Source: an uncultured Chloroflexia bacterium
GTDB taxonomy: Bacteria > Chloroflexota > Limnocylindria > Limnocylindrales > CSP1-4
Assembly: GCA_963831715.1 (NCBI GenBank)
Contig: CAWHRB010000003.1
Location: forward strand, 644,117 to 708,116
Reading direction: 5' to 3'
DNA: 64,000 nucleotides
Shown here: positions 59,683 through 64,000 of the stretch, one piece after another
How the letters are laid out: the number at the start of each line of letters is the position of its first letter
Numbering within the stretch: the stretch's first letter is position 1
The notes under the pieces: model-generated
What the model was told of the DNA's origin: nothing
The model's database searches: none
What the model saw: only the letters and a program-made list of their open reading frames with translations
Made by a program: the position numbers and the translations under genes

Positions 59683-59765
59683 GCGGCTGCAGGATACCGT
59701 GAGCGTCTGTGGCGAGCCGCAGACGCTCCGGCGGGAACGCGATGAGCGTCGTCGACGGGATGGAG

Positions 59766-60713
59766 CTAGCCGGCTGGATCGCCCGCCTCTTCGACCACGG
59801 TTCGTACGAGACCGAGCGCCCGATCGAACGGGTCCGCCGCGGCGCCCAGCCAGGTGACGTCGGGTTCCGCACGGAACCACGTGCGCTGGCGCTTCGCGAA
59901 TGCCACGTTGCGACGGGCGTTCTGCTCGATCGCCGCCTCGCGCGTGACGGTCCCATCCGCCACCGTCCACGCCTCGTGGTAGCCGATCGCCGAGAACGCC
60001 GGTAGCGTCGGATCGAAGCGCTGGCGGAGAGCGACGGCCTCGTCGATCAGTCCGGCGTCGAACTGGGCACGCGCTCGTGCCGCGATCCGCTTCTGATGCT
60101 CGTCACGTTCGATGGCGAGGCCGATCCAGGTCGCCTGCCCCTCATATCCACGCGCCCGCGGCCGCGGGCCATCGCCCCGCAGCTCGGCGATCTCGAGCGC
60201 GCGGATGACACGCCGCGGGTTGGCCAGGTGGACCTCGGCGGCGAGGGTGGGGGCCGTGGCCCGAAGCCGGGCCGCCAGGGGCTCCAGGCCTTCCGCCTTG
60301 AACTCGGCCTCGAGACGGGCGCGGATGGCGGGGTCATCGGGCAGCGCGTCCAGGTCGAGCCCACGCGCGACGGCCCGCAGATAGAGACCCGTGCCACCGA
60401 CCAACAGCGCCACGCCGTCCCGTGCCGCCACTTTCCGGAGCACGCTTGTCGCGTGCGCCACGTAGTCGGAAACGGCGAACCGCGCATCCGGGTCGACGAG
60501 GTCGAGGCCCTCATGCGGGACGCGCGCACGATCAGCAGCCGAGACCTTGGCTGTGCCGATGTCGAGGCCGCGATAGATCTGTCGCGAATCGGCCGAGATG
60601 ACGATCGCCGGCCGACCCGAGGCGATCAGCCACTCCCCGAGCCGGATGCCGAGCTCGGTCTTGCCGGTCGCGGTCGGGCCCGCGACGACGATGAGCGGTG
60701 GCAGGCTCCCCAT
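59766..60713 (-). CDS. miaA: tRNA dimethylallyltransferase MiaA
   Basis: The P-loop is LIVVAGPTATGKTELGIRL, followed by SADSRQIYRGLDIGTAK. The probable start is ATG 60713. The track start is GTG 60728. Confidence 0.85.
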   Translation of the reverse strand: MGSLPPLIVVAGPTATGKTELGIRLGEWLIASGRPAIVISADSRQIYRGLDIGTAKVSAADRARVPHEGLDLVDPDARFAVSDYVAHATSVLRKVAARDGVALLVGGTGLYLRAVARGLDLDALPDDPAIRARLEAEFKAEGLEPLAARLRATAPTLAAEVHLANPRRVIRALEIAELRGDGPRPRARGYEGQATWIGLAIERDEHQKRIAARARAQFDAGLIDEAVALRQRFDPTLPAFSAIGYHEAWTVADGTVTREAAIEQNARRNVAFAKRQRTWFRAEPDVTWLGAAADPFDRALGLVRTVVEEAGDPAG

Positions 60714-60733
60714 GGCCGCATACTGCACGGCCG

Positions 60734-62716
60734 ATGCCGTTCCCGCATGTCTTCGAGCCGCTGACGATCCGTCATCGCACGCTCCGAAGCCGGATCACGT
60801 TCGGCGCCCACACGGCGAACATGGCCGAGAGCGGGCTGCCCGGCGATCGGCACATCGGGTACTACCGCGAACGGGCGCTCGGCGGGGCCGGGATGATCGT
60901 GGTGGAGCCACTCCCCGTGCACCCGACCGCGGTGCTGACGCGTGGCAACTTCCGGAATGATGACGCCATCGTCCCGCATCTCCGGCGGCTGACCGACGCC
61001 TGTCGCGACGCGAACCCCGATGTCGTGATGATCCAGCAGCTGTATCACGTCGGTCAGCACGGCGACGCCGACAACTCGTTCGCTCCGAACTGGTCGCCGT
61101 CGGGGCTGCCCTCGTATCACGATGCGGACGGCAGCCATGCGATGACCGAGGACGAGATCGCCGCCGTCACCGATGGCTTCGTCGACTCGGCGAGGCGTGC
61201 CCGGGATGGCGGGTTCGACGGCGTCGAGCTGTTCGGCGCCTACCACGGGCTCATGGAGCAGTTCTGGACGCCGTGGTCGAATCGGCGCACGGACGCCTGG
61301 GGCGGCTCGTTCGAGGCCCGGATGCGCTTCTCGTGCACGGTGCTGGAGCGGATCCGCATGACATGCGGCGATGAGTTCATCGTCGGGCTGGCGGTGAGCA
61401 TCGATGAGCACTCCGAGCCGACCCTCTCCGTCGACGAGCTGTGCGAAGTCGTCGCATGGCACGACGAGCGGGCGCTGATCGACTACGTCACGTGCGGCAC
61501 GGGGTCCTACTTCGACTTCTTCCCGATCATCCCGGTGTCGCTGTACGAGGCGGGACTCGGCGTTCCGTACGCTGCCGCGCTCAAACGCGTGGTCACACGG
61601 GCCGTCGTGCAGGCCGAGAGCCACATCCGCACGCCAGAGGCCGCGGAGGCCGTGATCGCGGCCGGCGAGGCCGACATGGTCAGCATCGTCCGCGGCCAGA
61701 TCGCCGACCCACACATGGTCGCCAAGGCACGGGCCGGCCGCGCGGACGAGGTCCGGCCGTGTATCTCGTGCAACCAGCTGTGCTGGGGCCGTCGATCGCG
61801 CGACTACTGGATCTCGTGCCTCGTCAACCCGTCGGCCGGCCGCGAGTTCGAGTGGGGCGGCGACCGGTTCACCGCGGCGCCGGAGCCGCGATCCGTGCTC
61901 GTCGTCGGTGGTGGGCCGGCAGGGCTGGAAGCTGCCCGGGGTGCCGCCGAGCGCGGTCATCGAGTGACTCTTCTGGAGCGTGGCGCCGAGCTCGGCGGGC
62001 AGTTCCGGCTTGCCGGGCGGCAGCCGTCGCGCGGCCAGATCCTCGACCTCATCGCCTGGTATGAGCGCCGGCTCGACGCGCTCGGCGTGGAGATCCGCCT
62101 CGACACCGACGCGACCGTCGCGGACGTGGCCGTGGCCGGCGCCGACCTGACGATCGTCGCGACCGGGTCCCGACCGCCCGGGACCGGGTTCCAGCGCGCC
62201 CTGCCGATGGTCGACCGGCTGCCGGGTGCCGACCGCGACGATACGATCTCGATCCACGACGCCCTGGCGGATCGCGCCCGGGTCGGTGGGCGCGTCATCC
62301 TTCTTGACGACCTGGGCGACTGGCGCGGTCTCGGGACGGCGCTCCACCTAGCCGAACGGGATCATCAGGTCACGATCGTCTCCTCGGCATCGGTGATCGG
62401 CGGCGGGCTCGCGCACAGCGCGGCTGATGGGCCATTGCGCCGGCGGTTCGTCCGAGCCGGTGGCGAGATGCGGCCCGACACGGTGGTCCTCGGATGGGAC
62501 GGGGTGGCGGCCAGGGTCCGCTCGACGCTCACCGGCCGCGAGGCCCGGCTGACAGCCGACACCCTCGTGATCGCCGAGACCCCTGCCCCGGAGACCGCCC
62601 TCCAGGTCGCGCTACGTGCCGAGGGCATCCCCTTCCAGGCGATCGGCGACTGCGTGGCGCCACGACGGGCCAGCCTGGCCATCTACGAGGGACGCGAGCT
62701 CGCGCTGCGCATCTGA
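60734..62716 (+). CDS. Old-Yellow-Enzyme-family NADH:flavin oxidoreductase fused to an FAD/NAD(P)-binding domain (2,4-dienoyl-CoA-reductase / NADH-oxidase-like)
   Basis: The OYE TIM-barrel N-half (FEPLTIRHRTLRSRITFGAHT..., a 4-Cys-like region CISCNQLC) precedes a Rossmann GGGPAG motif (VLVVGGGPAGLEAARGAAERGHRVTLLER). The probable start is ATG 60734 (MPFPHVFEPL), divergent from miaA. Confidence 0.85.
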   Translation: MPFPHVFEPLTIRHRTLRSRITFGAHTANMAESGLPGDRHIGYYRERALGGAGMIVVEPLPVHPTAVLTRGNFRNDDAIVPHLRRLTDACRDANPDVVMIQQLYHVGQHGDADNSFAPNWSPSGLPSYHDADGSHAMTEDEIAAVTDGFVDSARRARDGGFDGVELFGAYHGLMEQFWTPWSNRRTDAWGGSFEARMRFSCTVLERIRMTCGDEFIVGLAVSIDEHSEPTLSVDELCEVVAWHDERALIDYVTCGTGSYFDFFPIIPVSLYEAGLGVPYAAALKRVVTRAVVQAESHIRTPEAAEAVIAAGEADMVSIVRGQIADPHMVAKARAGRADEVRPCISCNQLCWGRRSRDYWISCLVNPSAGREFEWGGDRFTAAPEPRSVLVVGGGPAGLEAARGAAERGHRVTLLERGAELGGQFRLAGRQPSRGQILDLIAWYERRLDALGVEIRLDTDATVADVAVAGADLTIVATGSRPPGTGFQRALPMVDRLPGADRDDTISIHDALADRARVGGRVILLDDLGDWRGLGTALHLAERDHQVTIVSSASVIGGGLAHSAADGPLRRRFVRAGGEMRPDTVVLGWDGVAARVRSTLTGREARLTADTLVIAETPAPETALQVALRAEGIPFQAIGDCVAPRRASLAIYEGRELALRI

Positions 62717-62728
62717 GCGGCGCGTACC

Positions 62729-64000
62729 ATGGCGTCACCCATGGCGACCCAGGAGCTCGATCCCGCCACCCCCGTTCGTCGTGGACGCTCGGCTCGGCAA
62801 GCCGAACGCCTTGCCCGGGCGATGGAGACGCTCCCCTACCTGACCCGCACGTTACCGCCGGTCGAGGTCGTCTCGACCGACGGCCTCGAGGCGATCGAAC
62901 GCAACGCCGACACGCTCCTCCAGGAAGTCGGCATCGAGGTCGTCAACTTCCCGGAGGCGGTCGAGATCTTCCGGTCGGCCGGCGCGGACGTGCAGGGCAC
63001 GCGCGTCCGGTTCGAGCGCGGGATGTGCCGCGAGATCGTCCAGGCGTCGGCCCCTCGGGTGTTCACCCAGACGGCGCGCAACGCGTCGCGCAGCGTCGTC
63101 ATCGGCGATCCGCACATGGTCCTCGTGCCGACCTACGGGTCGCCCTTCATCCACAACCTCGACGACGGTCGGCGCTACGCCACGATCGAGGACTTTCGCA
63201 ACTTCGTGAAGCTGGCCTACACGAGCACGACGCTCCACCACGGTGGCGGAACGTTGTGCGAGCCTACCGACCTGCCGGTCAACAAGCGCCATTTCGAGAT
63301 GGTCTACAGCCACATCCGCTATTCGGATCGCGCGTTCATGGGTTCGGTCACCCATCCGTCCCGCGCCCAGGACTCGGTCGACATGGCCAAGATCGTGTTC
63401 GGGCCCGAAACGCTCGAGCGCGAGCACGTGATCATGGGTCTGGCCAACGCGAACTCACCGATGTCCTGGGACTTCAACATGCTGGGCTCGGCCAAGGTCT
63501 ACGCCGAGAACAACCAGATCATGCTGATCACCCCGTTCATCCTCGGTGGGGCGATGGCGCCGGTGACGGTCGCCGCCGATGCGACCCAGACGCTCGCCGA
63601 GGCCCTCGCAGGCATGGCCTTCTGCCAGATCGTCCGACCAGGCGCGCCGGTCATCTTCGGTTCGTTCGCGTCGTCGATGTCGATGCAGACCGGGGCGCCC
63701 ACGTTCGGCACGCCCGAACCGCAGCTCGTGCTCTTCGTCCTCGCGGCGCTGGCGCGCCGGCTCGGCGTCCCGTTCCGCAGCGGGGGCAATTTCACGGCCT
63801 CCAAGCTCCCCGACTACCAGGCCGCCTACGAGAGCGCGATCAGCTTCATGGCCACGATGCAGGCGGGCGTGAACTTCAACCTGCACACGGCCGGCTGGCT
63901 CGAGGGCGGCCTCGCCATCGGCTATGAGAAGTTCATGCTCGACGAGGATCAGGCCTCGATGGCGGGGGCATACATCGGCGGCGTGGACCTGACCGACAAC
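62729..64000 (+). CDS. MttB-superfamily (trimethylamine / glycine-betaine:corrinoid) methyltransferase, 5' 424 codons; runs off the window end
   Basis: From ATG 62729 there is one uninterrupted frame (MASPMATQELDPATPVRRGRSARQAERLARAMETLPYLTRTLPPVEVVSTDGLEAIERNADTLLQEVGIEVVNFPEAVEIF...ITPFILGGAMAPVTVAADATQTLAEALAGMAFCQIVRPGAPVIFGSF...) with MttB-like organisation. No in-frame stop and no amber codon was seen. It is absent from the ORF track because it is truncated by the window edge. Confidence 0.7.
   Translation, partial: MASPMATQELDPATPVRRGRSARQAERLARAMETLPYLTRTLPPVEVVSTDGLEAIERNADTLLQEVGIEVVNFPEAVEIFRSAGADVQGTRVRFERGMCREIVQASAPRVFTQTARNASRSVVIGDPHMVLVPTYGSPFIHNLDDGRRYATIEDFRNFVKLAYTSTTLHHGGGTLCEPTDLPVNKRHFEMVYSHIRYSDRAFMGSVTHPSRAQDSVDMAKIVFGPETLEREHVIMGLANANSPMSWDFNMLGSAKVYAENNQIMLITPFILGGAMAPVTVAADATQTLAEALAGMAFCQIVRPGAPVIFGSFASSMSMQTGAPTFGTPEPQLVLFVLAALARRLGVPFRSGGNFTASKLPDYQAAYESAISFMATMQAGVNFNLHTAGWLEGGLAIGYEKFMLDEDQASMAGAYIGGVDLTDN

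Noticed and set aside
1-64000. Scan for tRNA/rRNA genes, CRISPR arrays, integrases and IS elements.
   Set aside because: No tRNA-like T-arm motifs (GGTTCGAATCC-type), no regularly spaced direct repeats and no recombinase or transposase signatures were found. The only direct repeats are the coding KNG repeat at 8240-8275 and the 57.3-57.7 kb tandem element.

Overview
This is a high-GC (about 70%), actinobacterial-type chromosomal segment. Supporting features are an F420/deazaflavin-type DUF385 oxidoreductase, a truncated haemoglobin, an LtrA protein, a LigC-type stand-alone ATP-dependent DNA ligase and PspC/LiaS-type envelope-stress signalling. No rRNA, tRNA, CRISPR array, integrase or IS transposase was seen.

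The window splits into three zones. (i) 0-21.3 kb holds mostly intact genes: an alpha/beta hydrolase, a DNA ligase, a SAM-dependent methyltransferase, a PD40 beta-propeller lipoprotein, an orphan CpaF/TadA secretion ATPase fused in frame to a RidA domain, Dps, an MDR dehydrogenase, a PspC-domain/histidine-kinase/LuxR-family regulator module, a VOC protein, a DUF1269-DUF4332 protein, an Ig-like secreted protein, a lipoprotein, an MFS transporter with a cNMP-binding domain, and a PAP2/haloperoxidase-like protein. (ii) 21.4-46.1 kb carries many genes broken by single-nucleotide frameshifts: an acyl-CoA synthetase, a HAD hydrolase, a RibD_C-reductase/class III cyclase fusion, a redoxin, two arginase-family paralogues, an alpha/beta hydrolase, a second PD40 lipoprotein, a DUF385 protein, a membrane/spermidine-synthase fusion, a bPH-SHOCT protein and a DUF2075 nuclease-helicase-like NTPase. 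Fully intact genes sit between them (a CPBP protease, an FAD oxidase, a truncated haemoglobin, an FAD monooxygenase, LtrA, a VOC protein and a DUF1697 protein). This zone ends in a lower-GC, decayed island next to a VapBC pair. (iii) 46.1-64 kb is again intact: a membrane protein, an epoxide hydrolase, a LAL-type LuxR regulator, an ABC exporter, a PLP-dependent dehydratase, an OatA-like acyltransferase, HflX, MiaA, an OYE-family reductase and a partial MttB-family methyltransferase.

The most notable non-coding signal is a tandemly duplicated ~140-nt structured element in the 530-bp leader of the acyltransferase gene. Coordinates taken from the ORF track are exact. A few starts were chosen by eye from Shine-Dalgarno context and may be off by a codon.
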